DNA of 62,711 nt, the filler included, from Chiloscyllium plagiosum (taxonomy: Eukaryota), in assembly GCF_004010195.1 (NCBI RefSeq). It is 3 parts of one record of this genome, joined end to end, with 100 filler letters (N's around TTAATTAATTAA, not from the genome) between each part and the next. Parts side by side here need not be neighbours in the genome. Positions count along the whole stretch, not along the records: positions 1 to 14,437 come from NC_057715.1; positions 14,538 to 45,917 come from NC_057715.1; 1 more part is not named here. The stretch is one strand, 5' to 3'. Both the position numbers and the translations under genes were made by a program. The notes under the pieces were generated by a model, which was given only the letters and a program-made list of their open reading frames with translations, was not told the origin of the DNA and ran no database searches. Below, piece by piece: positions 12,970-24,380 of the stretch. Each line of letters starts with the position of its first letter. Position 1 is the stretch's first letter.

Positions 12970-13995
12970 GGTAAGGACTTTGACTGGACCAACATTTGTT
13001 GCCCATTCCCCATTTCACCTTGAGAAGATGGTAGTAAGCTGCCTTCTTGAACCATTGCAGTCCATTTAGTGTTGGTATGCCCACAATGCTGTACGGGAAG
13101 GAATTTTATAATTTTAACCCAGTGTCACTGAAGGAATGGTGATATTTCCAAGTAGAGATGGTGAATTGCTTGGAGGTGATCTTTAAGGTGTTGGTGTTCC
13201 CATGTATCTGCTGCCCTCTAGATGGTAGTGGTTTTAGGTTTGGAAAAAGCAGTGTATGGTATCTTTGTGAATTTGTGCTGTGCATCTTGTAGATGGTATG
13301 TACAGAAATATACTGTGTGTCATTGATGGAGACAAGGTTTTCAAAGTCAGCAAATGAATTACTCGCCATGGGATTACAGCCTCTGACCTGCTCTGTAGTA
13401 TTTATATGGCAGATCCAGTTCAATTCCTGGTCAGTGGTAACCTTCAGGCTGTTAGTAGTGGGGGAGTTGGTGATGAAACTGCCATTGAATGCCAAGGAGT
13501 AACTGTTATGATTGTCTCACAGTTGAAGATCATTATTGCCTGGAACTTGTGTGGTGTGAATGTTACTTTCCACTTGTGTCTGCGCAAGCCTGAATATCAA
13601 CCAGACCTTGACGCTTTAGAACATGGACTGCTTCAGTCTAAGAGGAGTTATGAATGGTGCTGATCATTGTTGATTCATCAGTGAATATCCCCATTTCTGA
13701 CCTTATAATAGAGGGAAGGTTGCTGAAGAAGCAACTGAAGATGTTTGGACCTGGGACACTGAAGAACTCCTGCAGAGATATCCTGGAGCTGAGATGGGTG
13801 AATCCTGACAACCACAACCACCTTCCTATGTGCCAATCAGTGGAGAGTTTTCCCACCAATTCCTCGAAGTTCTAGTTTTGCTAGGCTTCCTTGATGCCAC
13901 ATTTAATCAATTGTGGCCGTAATGTGTGGTGCAGTACTTGCTCTCTCCCATCGTCTAGAGTTCAACTGTTTTGTCCATGTTTGAACCAAAACTAC
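12970..13995 (-). mobile_element. Old CR1/L2-group LINE (family B) 3' portion
   Basis: Reverse-complement similarity to 7910-9300. Confidence 0.8.
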
Positions 13996-13997
13996 GG

Positions 13998-14437
13998 TGT
14001 GGTGTAAAATTATGTCCCAATACATGTGTGAATCATAATGTAACACATGTATTGGGCCAAGCAGTGGAATGTGGTGAAAAAAATTATGTCGTGTCCCAAT
14101 ACATGTGTGAATCTAACCGGAATGGAGGTGTTGCTTAGTCCCGTGTGAATCTTATTACACACCTCCCCGTGTGAATCTTCTTATCTGTATGTAACCAGAA
14201 TGGAATGTGTTTTTTAGCCTTGCTCTGCTGTTCACATAAATGTTTATATCTGGAAAAGAGTATATCAGCTGGAAAAGTCTCCAGTTCGGTGAGTCTGCTC
14301 CGGGGTTACGTTTAACCGCCGAGCGTGGGTTGTTGGCAACCGCTCTACGAGAACTGACGGCTCCCAGTTCCGGTAACATGTAGAGTGAGTATAAGCCAGA
14401 CCCGTTGGCTGTGGTGACGCTGCGGGGAATAAAATGC
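13998..14437 (+). mobile_element. Young LTR-like sequence cut by the assembly gap
   Basis: Starts TGT, four GTGTGAATC motifs, TATA-like near 14260, CpG-rich, AATAAA at 14428. Confidence 0.55.
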
Positions 14438-14537
14438 NNNNNNNNNNNNNNNNNNNNNNNNNNNNNNNNNNNNNNNNNNNNTTAATTAATTAANNNNNNN
14501 NNNNNNNNNNNNNNNNNNNNNNNNNNNNNNNNNNNNN
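14438..14537. other. Scaffold gap with artificial TTAATTAATTAA pad
   Basis: 44 N + 12 bp + 44 N; same design as the gap at 45918. Confidence 0.95.
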
Positions 14538-14737
14538 ACCTATAAAAGTTGGCAAGGGTATTCGCTGTCATGCCAAATTTCCTCAACTGCCCGAGGAAGA
14601 AGAGATGTTGTTGGGCTTTTGTAACCAGTGCATCCACATGAAGAGTCCAAGAAAGCTTGTTGTGGATGACCACCCCCAGGAGCTTGACACTCTCCACTTG
14701 TTCCACCTCTGTGCTGTTAATGTTTAGGGGGGCATGA
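14538..14737 (-). mobile_element. Rex1/Babar-type LINE RT C-terminal fragment
   Basis: VEQVESVKLLGVVIHNKLSWTLHVDALVTKAQQHLFFLGQLRKFGMTANTLANFYR. Confidence 0.8.
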
Positions 14738-14744
14738 GTTCCTT

Positions 14745-15935
14745 ACTGGCCAGAGAAGCATAGGTGCCACCACTTCTGGGACCTTCAAGCTTACACATAT
14801 CTGGTGCCATAGTCAAAGTCCAGTTGCACATTATTTCAGACACTACAAACCAGGAACTGCCGTACCAAACTGTAGTGTTTGCCCTGAAGTTTGAAGATGT
14901 TGTAGATGAAGGCAAGCTAGCTCCTTGCTTCCTTTACAATGATTTGCTGGTGGCGAGTGTGGTTGGCAGTACTTCTTCCTGTTGACCACTAAGGAGGCCA
15001 CACTAGCAGACCCAGACTGCCTTGACACAAATAGCAGCATGGGTCAGTGCTGTGTCCTGCAACAAAAAGATGTCTAGTAGTTGAGAAAGAAGGTCAACTA
15101 TCTGCTGCATTCTATAAGGGTAAGTGTGACTATCTTCCCTTTATTATTTCACACTTTTTCAGGGCCAGCACTTACTCTGCCTCTGTGTACGCGTCTCACG
15201 AAGGATCACGATTCCAACTCTTAATATTGCATGCATCATGCCCACTCCTTGGCTCTCAACCACTTCATCCTTCTAAACTACAAACCTTTTCTGATCTTTG
15301 CACTTCCTCTTGTCTCAGTGGGGGCACATTACCACCTCTCCTAATCATGCACCATCATAACTCCTATTGCATCTGCTTCCATCAAACTCAGTTCCTCCCT
15401 TTGTCTCATTATAGGGATGACTGCCCCACAACCAGGCTGAGACATTCAAGATTAGTGAGGTGGAGGGACATTGGTGACAAGCAACAGGATCACTATGAGG
15501 AGAAGATACTGGCAGGAGAAAAATTGGATCAATCCTTCGGGAATGAAGAGACATTAGTGAGAAATACATCCAGTAAGCTTCATTATGTTGTGCTCTGTTG
15601 ATGCCCTATTTCCACTTATTCTCTATCTACATATGCATTTATTCATCTTCTACAACCAATCCCCTCTTTTCTCTTAAGCAAGTACTAGCAGTAGCCAGGA
15701 AATGTCTGCTAAGAAAAGTTCTGTGCCAGAGATCCTCAGGTCCACCTCCAGCTCTGAGGAGATGCCACTGATTTCCTCAGATGATACACTGACAAGGGGC
15801 CACCAGCATCTTCCACCAGCTCAGACACTTTCACCTTAGTGAATTCTCTGAATAGACCAGACTCTGGAGCACAGTTGGGTGAGCAAATCACTGGCGCATC
15901 TTTGTAACTGGTCCTGAAGGAAGAGTTCCAGGTTT
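14745..15935 (+). mobile_element. Harbinger/PIF transposon fossil with Myb/SANT-like ORF
   Basis: GKLAPCF..RRPH*QTQTALTQIAAWVSAVS..RKKVNYLLHSIR then GTAAGT donor at 15120; second-exon remnant YEEKILAGEKLDQSFGNEE near 15490. Confidence 0.7.
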
Positions 15936-17089
15936 CAGATATAGGTATCCCTGGCTTTTCGAACGTTTGCTTTATGCCAATTAGCTTTTACAAAATACCT
16001 ACGTTAGAACCTGTTTTCGCTAACGAAAAGAGGATTTCCATTTTTACAAATAATAGGACACGTGTAACTATTAAAATCATTTAAAGATAATGATTCATTT
16101 AGAATAACAAGTTAATAATTGAAGACTCGATTGCAGCGAGCAGGAAAAGTCAATAAAGTCCACTTTGAACTTAGGATTTACCTAAATGGGGACATGTAGA
16201 AAATACAACTATGCTATTAATTAAGTTAATAGAATAGTATGCAATACAGAAAGGTACAAACCACAATCTAATCACTGAAAAGAAAGCCTGGGAGGAGAAA
16301 TGGCATGAAAATAAGATTTTAATTACAGGAGAGATACTGAAACAAAAAAACCAAACTGCTACGAGACAGTAAAGAACCATTTTCACATAGATACAATTAG
16401 TTACTAGCATCAAACAACATTCATCAAGACAGAGAATTTAAACATGTTTTTGATAGATAAGCTTTTACAGGATTCTTTTAAGATTGAAAGTAAAAGGGAG
16501 AGATTACAAAAATCCCCAGAGAAGTGTTAAAAACATCAAACAAATTAACCCATAAATCTCACAACTTTATCAAGGAACCTTTAAGGAATAATTCAAGAAT
16601 CATGTTAAATGATACAGCACCTCATGAAAGTGGGGAGAGCCTATACAGAGGATTAACACATACATTTGCAAAGCAGGAAGGATTAAAAAAATACAAAATA
16701 AGACTCCTTGACTGAAATTTCAGAAGTATCAGGAATCCCAAAGATAACACCTCTCAAAAAATGAGACATCAATGAAAAGATGATATCATATGTGTTCAGG
16801 GCTTTAGAGTATAACCTTGCTTTAAGTGTTGGTAGATATTCTATTTTTTGATGTTGTTAGATATTCTATTCTTGGTAATTCTTGAATAGTTAGAAGTAAC
16901 ATTAAACTGGATTTCCTTAGATTTGGGATTTCATCTTTTGATAGTTTTTGGCATAGCTATGATACAAAGTGGATCCTTGAAAAACACTGAAATTGTGGCT
17001 AATTTCTACAGAAATGGAAGAGGCAAACATGTCATGCAGACATCCCCTGAAATATCTGTGGCTTCACATTGACAAGTGTACAGCGTTAT

Positions 17090-17750
17090 ACAGTCATAGA
17101 ATTTTAACAGCACAGATAAAGACCCTTCAGCCCGTCATATCTGCACTGAACATCAAATATCCATCGATTCTAATCCCATTTTCCAGCACCCGACTGCAGT
17201 TTTGTATGCTATAGCATTTCAAGTGTTCATCTAAACAGTTCTTCAATGTCTTGAGGTTTCCTGCCTCTACCACCCTTTTAGGACAAAGAGTTCCTTATGC
17301 CTACAATCCTCTGGATGAAAAGAAAGATCCTCAATTCCCCTTTAAATGTCCTGCTTTTTCAATTAAAACTGTGGCCCCTAGTTATTGACCCCTCTACAAA
17401 GGGGAAACGTTTCTCCCTATCTCCTGTCCATGTCCCTCAGAACTTTGTATACCTCAATCAGATCTCGCCTTGCCTTCTCTGATCCAAGGAAAATAACCCC
17501 AGCCTTTCTAGTTTCTCTTCATAATTGAATCACTCCAGCCTAGGCAAGCATCCTGGAGAATCTCCTCTGCACCCTTACTAATGCAATCACATCCTTCCCA
17601 TAGCATGGGAACCACAGTGCACTTAGTGCTCCAGGTATGGCCCAACTAATGTTATTATGTTATATTCCACCCCATCATAACATTCTTGCTGTTGTGTACA
17701 ATGCCTTGACTAATAAAGGCAAGTATCCCGTAACCACATTAACCACCTAA
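17090..17750 (-). mobile_element. CR1/HER1-type LINE 3' fragment (old)
   Basis: Similar to the minus-strand CR1 3' end at 57339. Confidence 0.75.
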
Positions 17751-18189
17751 TGGTCACTGTTCTGAAAAGACTGCTTGATCTAATTACTTTTTTTATTACC
17801 CTTCAGAAAAGTAACCAACTGTATATACCACTATTTTAAAATAATTGATGTATAACAGGCATAGATTTTGATTATAGCAGGCATAGATCTACACCCAGAG
17901 ATGGACATTCTGTATTCGATTGAGAGTCTAAGAGTGTAATCTTCCTTTGTCCTTCACCCTCGTTGTTTGTACATGCCATTCTCACACTTGGAGCTCTAAA
18001 CAAATGCTAAAGAGAAAGTATTCATTTTCACCAAAGCTTTGATGGGATTATTAGACATCATCATGCTTCTCCGGCTTTCTTCCAGCGTCCCTCAGTTCAC
18101 ATCTCAGTATTATCCATCCACCTCATTTTTCTTCTTTGTCTTTTGTTTCACCCCTAATTTCTCCTTTAGTTGTTCCCAGGACGTAGTTT

Positions 18190-18503
18190 TTAGATTAGAT
18201 TAGATTCTCTACAGTGTGGAAACAGGCCCTTCGGCCCAACACATCCACACCCACCCTCCGAAGAGTAACCCATCCAGACCCATTTCCCTCTGACTAATGC
18301 ACCTAACACTATGGACAATTTAGTGTGGTCAATTCATCTGACCCGCACATCATTGGACTGTGGGAGGAAACCGGAGCACCCGGAGGAAACCACGCAGACA
18401 CGAGGAGAATGTGCAAACTCCACACAGGCAGTTGCCCAAGACTGGAATCGAACCTGGGACTCTGGTGCTGTGAGGCAGCAGTGCTAACCACTGAGCCACC
18501 ATG
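18190..18503 (-). mobile_element. HE1-type SINE
   Basis: (TTAGA)n tail and tRNA-like head. Confidence 0.92.
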
Positions 18504-19102
18504 TTGATGGGTCTTTGTTTCCAATGTCAGCACCTGGCTATCTTTTTAACTCAAACGTATTTATCAACATCTTTGTTTCCTTAACTTCCACTCTTCATCG
18601 AACATATTCATTTGTTTTGTTATTCATCTGATTCTGAACATCTTCCACCATATCCATGTTTTGAAAGCTGTTACCCTTTTTTCATCCTTTTTCTTCAGAG
18701 TCCAACTCCCACAACTCTATGGAATCCAACTCTCCACACAAGTGGATGCATTAGGTATGGTTTTGGGTTCACGCTGATGCTTCCAGGCACTACTTTAATC
18801 ACTGGTCATGTCTAGAGTTGTTGCTAATCTCAACTGGTTTCATGCTTGGATGAAACTTTGGAGTTTATCATGGAGCCAGGGCACATGAATTTGCCTGCTG
18901 TTTCTATCTCGGTCCATCTAATTTTGACTTTTATATTGTGGCTGCAAATAACAATGTTGGTTTTTGCCTCACTTCTATCTAGACTGAAAGACTCAACATG
19001 TGTTTAGACTGGGCCTTCTGTACACACGAACAGTTCCTTTTTCTGGCTATGGAGGGGGGTGTTTTCTGCCACAAAAAACATAATTTGACATGTCTATTTA
19101 AA

Positions 19103-19319
19103 AGTAAAAATAATGACTGCAGATGCTGGAAACCAGATTCTGGATTAGTGGTGCTGGAAGAGCACAGCAGTTCAGGCAGCATCCGAGGAGCAGTAAAATC
19201 GACGTTCCGGGCAAAAGCCCTTCATTATTCCCGATGAAGGGTTTTTGCCTGAAATGTCGATTTTACTGCTCCTCAGATGCTGCCTGAACTGCTGTGCTCT
19301 TCCAGCACCACTAATCCAG
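19103..19319. mobile_element. Fold-back PLE pLTR insertion
   Basis: Inverted arms centred near 19226; TSD ATGTCTATTTAAA at 19090 and 19320; two mutated hammerheads. Confidence 0.88.
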
Positions 19320-20076
19320 ATGTCTATTTAAATGCCAGTTCTCAATGTACTATCTCCAAAACAAAGGGTGGAAATTTATTCTGTCATAATCTCTGACTGA
19401 TCTGAGCTATGGCAAGTTGAGTGGTAGAATCAAGCGAGGTGTTTGGAAGCTCCAACTTGGTTTTGAGATCATCTAACTGTATCTCATATAGCGTGGTGAT
19501 ACATTCAATAGGCAGCATTGAGTTCCCACTTGAATATCACTATTGCTTGTTAAATGCCTTGTTAATAGTCCAACTGGCTACAGATTGTGCTCTCATCAAA
19601 GTTACCACAAAAAACTGTCAGGAAAACTCAACAAAAAAACCAGAGAAGGCTTTTGGCATATTCAACTCGCTGCTTGCTCCTAAAGAACTCCGTTTTGAAC
19701 TCAGGGCACCAACATTGTAGGCATGCTCCATGGGCATCGGCCACACATACCTCACATTCATGGACATTGGCAGGCTCTTTGAACCATCATAGCACATTTT
19801 TGATGCACTTACAGGCTGCTTAAGCACTTCAATGGTAAACCTTGGGCTACACCGGCAGCTAACACTGGAATGCTGCAGACAGGACACCATGTTCAGGGAT
19901 ATGCACCCAAAGCATGGACTGGACCAGGCTGCATTTCTGGCCTCTTTACTTGCTGTCACAACGCACAGTCACTTGCAGCCACTCAACTGCTTATAGCATT
20001 CCTTTCTTGCATTTCATTGACTCGCCTTTTTGTGTTTTGCCCCTTCAGCCAGAGATACTAGGCTCATTTTACTACG

Positions 20077-20380
20077 AGGTAAAAACAATGACTGCAGATG
20101 CTGGAAACCAGATTCTGGATCAGTGGTGCTGGAAGAGCACAGCAGTTCAGGCAGCATCCAAGGAGCTTCAAAATCGACGTTTCGGGCAAAAGCCCTTCAT
20201 CAGGAATAAAGGCAGAGAGCCTGAAGCGTGGAGAGATAAGCTAGAGGAGGGTGGGGGTGGGGATAGAGTAGCATAGACCTGGGAGTTGCAGTGGGAGAGA
20301 GACTCCCTGAGATTCTTGTAGAGAGAGGAGGAAAACTTCTTCAAGGCAGGCATCCTTGCAAGAGGATTCGCAGTAGGGTT
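20077..20380 (-). mobile_element. PLE derivative: probable ORF-start segment joined to pLTR
   Basis: pLTR nearly identical to the 45667 copy up to 20276, then switches to a segment reading MPALKKFSSSLYKNLRESLSHCNSQV. Confidence 0.75.
20172..20207 (-). ncRNA. Minimal type I hammerhead ribozyme motif
   Basis: ATTC-CTGATGA-A-GGGC-TTTT-GCCC-GAAA-CGTC-GATT on minus. Confidence 0.8.
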
Positions 20381-20834
20381 TACAACTGTCTGGCCATTTA
20401 ATACAAACACAAAACCAGGAGGTTTGCCGCAGTTGTTAGTAGACCTCAGACTAATCAAGGGGGATAGCCTTCGCTCAGGAGTTCCCAGCGCAATAAGCCA
20501 AGACAGCTTCCATTATCAATCCAGTCATGACAAAGATGGTCAGAGTTCGGTACCTCTGCTGATAAGGGGTGAGGAGCCGACTGACGGACAGCACAATATC
20601 CATCTTGACCCTTTCTGCCCCACGACGATTGTTTTGCTCCTGAAATGAGAGGGTTGACAGGTCTTATGGAAGACAGAAGATGGAAGCACTTATGTTGGTG
20701 GAATTGAGAAGGACATTGCCCTTCTTCCTATGATATTAGGCATTCCTTTGCGATAGTAGGCTGGCATGGTCTGGTGTCGTGGTCTTCACTGCTGGTCCTG
20801 GGGGAGGAGGAACTTCTGCTGTGAACCACTGCCA

Positions 20835-23800
20835 TCCAGTAGAAGCTGCAGGATTGCGTCCAGTAGGAGCTGTGGGACCGTGACCAGTAGGAGCTGCGGG
20901 ACTGCGTCCAGTAGGAGCTGCAGGGCTGTATCCAGTAGGAGCTGCGGGACTGTTACCAGTAGGAGCTGCAGGATTGTGACCAGCAGGAGCTGTGGGACCA
21001 TGTCCAGTAGGAGCTGCAGGATCGTGTCCAGTAGGAGCTGTGGGACCATGTCCAGTACGAGCTGCAGGACTGTGTACAGCAGGAGCTGCGGGATCGTGTC
21101 TAGTAGGAGCTGTGGGACTGTGACCAGTAGGAGCTGCGGGACTGTGACCAGTAGGAGCTGTGGGACTGTGTCCGGTCGGAGCTGCGGGACTGTGACCAGT
21201 AGGAGCTGCGGACTGTGACCAGTAGGAGCTGCAGGACCATGTCCAGTAGGAGCTGCGGGACCGTGTCCAGTAGGAGCTGTGAGACTGTGACCAGTAGGAG
21301 CTGCAGGACCGTGTCCAATTGGATCTGTGGGTCTGTGACCAGTTGGAGCTGCGGGACAGTGACCAATAGGAGCTGCGGGACTGTGTCCATTAGGAGCTGC
21401 AGGATCTTTTCCAGTAGGCGCTGCAGACTGTGTCCAGTAGGAGCTACAGGACCGTGTCCAGTAGGAGCTGTGGGAGCGTTTCCAGTAGGAGCTGCGGGAC
21501 TGTTTCCAGTAGGAGCTGTGGGACTGTGTCCAGTAGGAGCTGCGGGACTGTGACCAGTAGGAGCCATGGGACCGCATTCAGTAGGAGCTGCGGGACTGTG
21601 ACCAGTAGGAGCTGCAGGACCGTATCCAGTAGGAGCTGCAGGACTGTGACCAGTAGGAGCTGCAGGACCGCGTCCAGTAGGAGCTGTGGGACTGTGTCCA
21701 GTAGGAGTTGCAGGACCGTATCCAGTAGGAGCTGTAGGACTGTGTCCAGTAGGAGTTGCGGGACCGTGTCCAGTAGGAGCTGCGTGACTGTGACCAGTAG
21801 GAACTACGGGACCGTGACCAGTAGGAGCTGCGGGACTGTGTCAAGTAGGAGCTGCAGGACCGTATCCAGTAGGAGCTGCGGGATTGTGACCAGTAGGAGC
21901 TACGGGATCGTGACCAGTAGGAGCTACGGGACTGTGTCCAGTAGGAGCTGCGGGACTGTGTTAAGTAGGAGCTGTGGGACTTTATCCAGTAGGAGCTGCG
22001 GGATTGTGACCAGTAGGAGCTGTGAAACTGTGTCCAGTAGGAGCTGCAGGACCGTCTCCCGTAGGAGCTGCGGGACTGCATCCAGTAGGAGTTGCGGGAT
22101 TGTGACCAGTAGGAGCTGTGAGACTGTGTCTAGTAGGAGCTGCAGGACCGTGTCCTGTTGGAGCTGTGGGACTGTGACCAGTAGGAGCTGCAGGACCGTG
22201 TCCTGTAGGAGCTGTGGGACTGTGTCCAATAGGAGCTGCGGGACCGTATCCAGTAGGAGCTGTGGGACTGTGTCCAATAGCAGCTGTGGGACCGTATCCA
22301 GTAGGAGCTGCGGGACTGTGTCCAGTCGGAGCTGTGGGACTGTGTCCAGTAGGAGCTGTGGGACCGTATCCAGTAGGAGCTGCGGGACTGTGTCCAATAG
22401 GAGCTGCGGTACTGTGTCCAGTGGGAGCTGCGGGACTGTGTCCAGTAGGAGCTGCAGGACCGCGACTAGTAGGAGCTGCAGGACTGTGACCAGTAGGAGC
22501 TGCGGGACTGTGTCTAGTAGGAGCTGTGAGACTGTGTCTAGTAGGAGCTGCAGGACCGTGTCCTGTAGGAGCTGCGGGACTGTGACCAGTAGGAGCTGCA
22601 GGACCATGTCCAGTAGGAGCTGCAGGACTGTGACCAGTAGGAGTTGCGGGATTGTGACCAGTAGGAGCTGTGAGACTGTGTCTAGTAGGAGCTGCAGGAC
22701 CGTGTCCTGTTGCAGCTGCGGGACTGTGACCAGTAGGAGCTGCAGGACCCTGTCCTGTAGGAGCTGTGGGACTGTGACCAATAGGAGCTGCGGGACCATG
22801 TCCAGTAGGAGCTGCGGGACTGTGTCAAGTAGGAACTGCAGGACCGTGTCCAATAGGAGCTGTGGGTCTGTGACCAGTTGGAGCTGTGGGACCGTGTCCA
22901 GTAGGAGCTGTGGGAGTATGTCCAGTTGGAGCTGTGGGGCTGTGACCAGTAGGAGCTGCGGGACTGTGTCCAGTAGGAGCTGTGGAACTGTGACTAGTAG
23001 GAGCTGCGGGACCGTGTCCAGTAGGAGCTGCGGGACTGTGTCCAGTAGGATCTGCAGGACTGTGACCAGTAGGAACTACTGGACCGTGACCAGTAGGAGC
23101 TGTGGGACTGTGTCTAGTAGGAGCTTTGGGACTGTATCCAGTAGGAGCTGCGGGACTGTGTCCAGTAGGAGGTGCGGGACCCTGTCCAGTAGGAGCTGCG
23201 GGACGGTGTCCAGTAGGTGCTGCGGGATTGTGTCAAGTAGGAGCTGTGGGACTTTATCCAGTAGGAGCTGCAGGATTGTGACCAGTAGGAGCTGTGAGAC
23301 TGTGTCCAGTAGGAGCTGCAAGACCGTTTCCCGTAGGAGCTGTGGGACTGTATCCAGTAGGAGCTGCGGGATTGTGACCAGTAGGAGCTGTGAGACTGCG
23401 TCCAGTAGGAGCTGCAGGACCGTGTCCTGTAGGAGCTGCAGGACCGTGTCCAATAGGACCTGTGGGTCTGTGACCAGTTGGAGCTGCGGGACCGTGTCCA
23501 GTAGGAGCTGTGGGAGCATGTCCAGTTGGAGCTGTGGGACTGTGACCAGTAGGAGCTGCAGGACCATGTCCAGTAGGAGCTGTGGGACTGTGACTAGTAG
23601 GAGCTGTGGGACCGTGTCCAGTAGGAGCTGTGGGACCGTGTCCAGTAGGAGCTGCAGGATGGTGTCCAGTAGGAGCTGTGTGACTGTGTCCAGTAGGAGC
23701 TGTGGGACTGTATCCAGTAGGAGCTGTGGGACCGTGTCCAGTAGGAGCTGCGGGATTGTGTCCAATAGGAGCTGCGGGACCGTATCCAGTAGGAGCTGTG

Positions 23801-24380
23801 GGACTGTGTCCAGTCGGAGCTGTGGGACTGTGTCCAGTAGGAGCTGTGGGACCGTATCCAGTAGGAGCTGCGGTACTGTGTCCAGTGGGAGCTGCGGGAC
23901 CGTGTCCAGTAGGAGCTGCAGGACCGCGACTAGTAGGAGCTGCAGGACTGTGACCAGTAGGAGCTGCGGGACTGTGACCAGTAGGAACTGCGGGACTGTG
24001 ACCAGTAGGAGCTGTGGGACTGTGTCCAGTAGGAGCTGCAGGACTGTGACCAGTAGGAGCTGCGGGACTGTATCCAGTAGGAGCTGCGGGACTGTGTCCA
24101 GTAGGAGCTGTGGGTCTGTAACCAGCAGGAGCTGCGGGACTGTATCCAGTAAGAGCTGTGGGACTGTGACCAGTAGGAGCTGCGGGACCGCGTCCAGTAG
24201 GAGCTGCAGGACCGCGACTAGTAGGAGCTGTGGGACTGTATCCAGTAGGAGCTGCGGGACTGTGTCCAGTAGGAGCTGTGGGACTGTATCCAGTAGGAGC
24301 TGTGGGACTGTATCCAGTAAGAGCTGTGGGACTGTGACCAGTAGGAGCTGCGGGACCGCGTCCAGTAGGAGCTGCAGGAC
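20835..24380. repeat. 24-bp tandem array, about 148 units (TCCAGTAGGAGCTGCGGGACYGTG)
   Basis: Direct periodicity; only two 1-bp deletions seen (near 21210 and 21426). Confidence 0.98.

Noticed and set aside
14482..14493. TTAATTAATTAA palindrome (also 45962-45973) as a piggyBac or homeodomain site
   Set aside because: Centred in symmetric N runs in both gaps and has stops in all six frames, so it is an assembly linker
20835..24380. CRISPR-like array
   Set aside because: Units are contiguous with no unique spacers, there are no cas genes and the context is vertebrate
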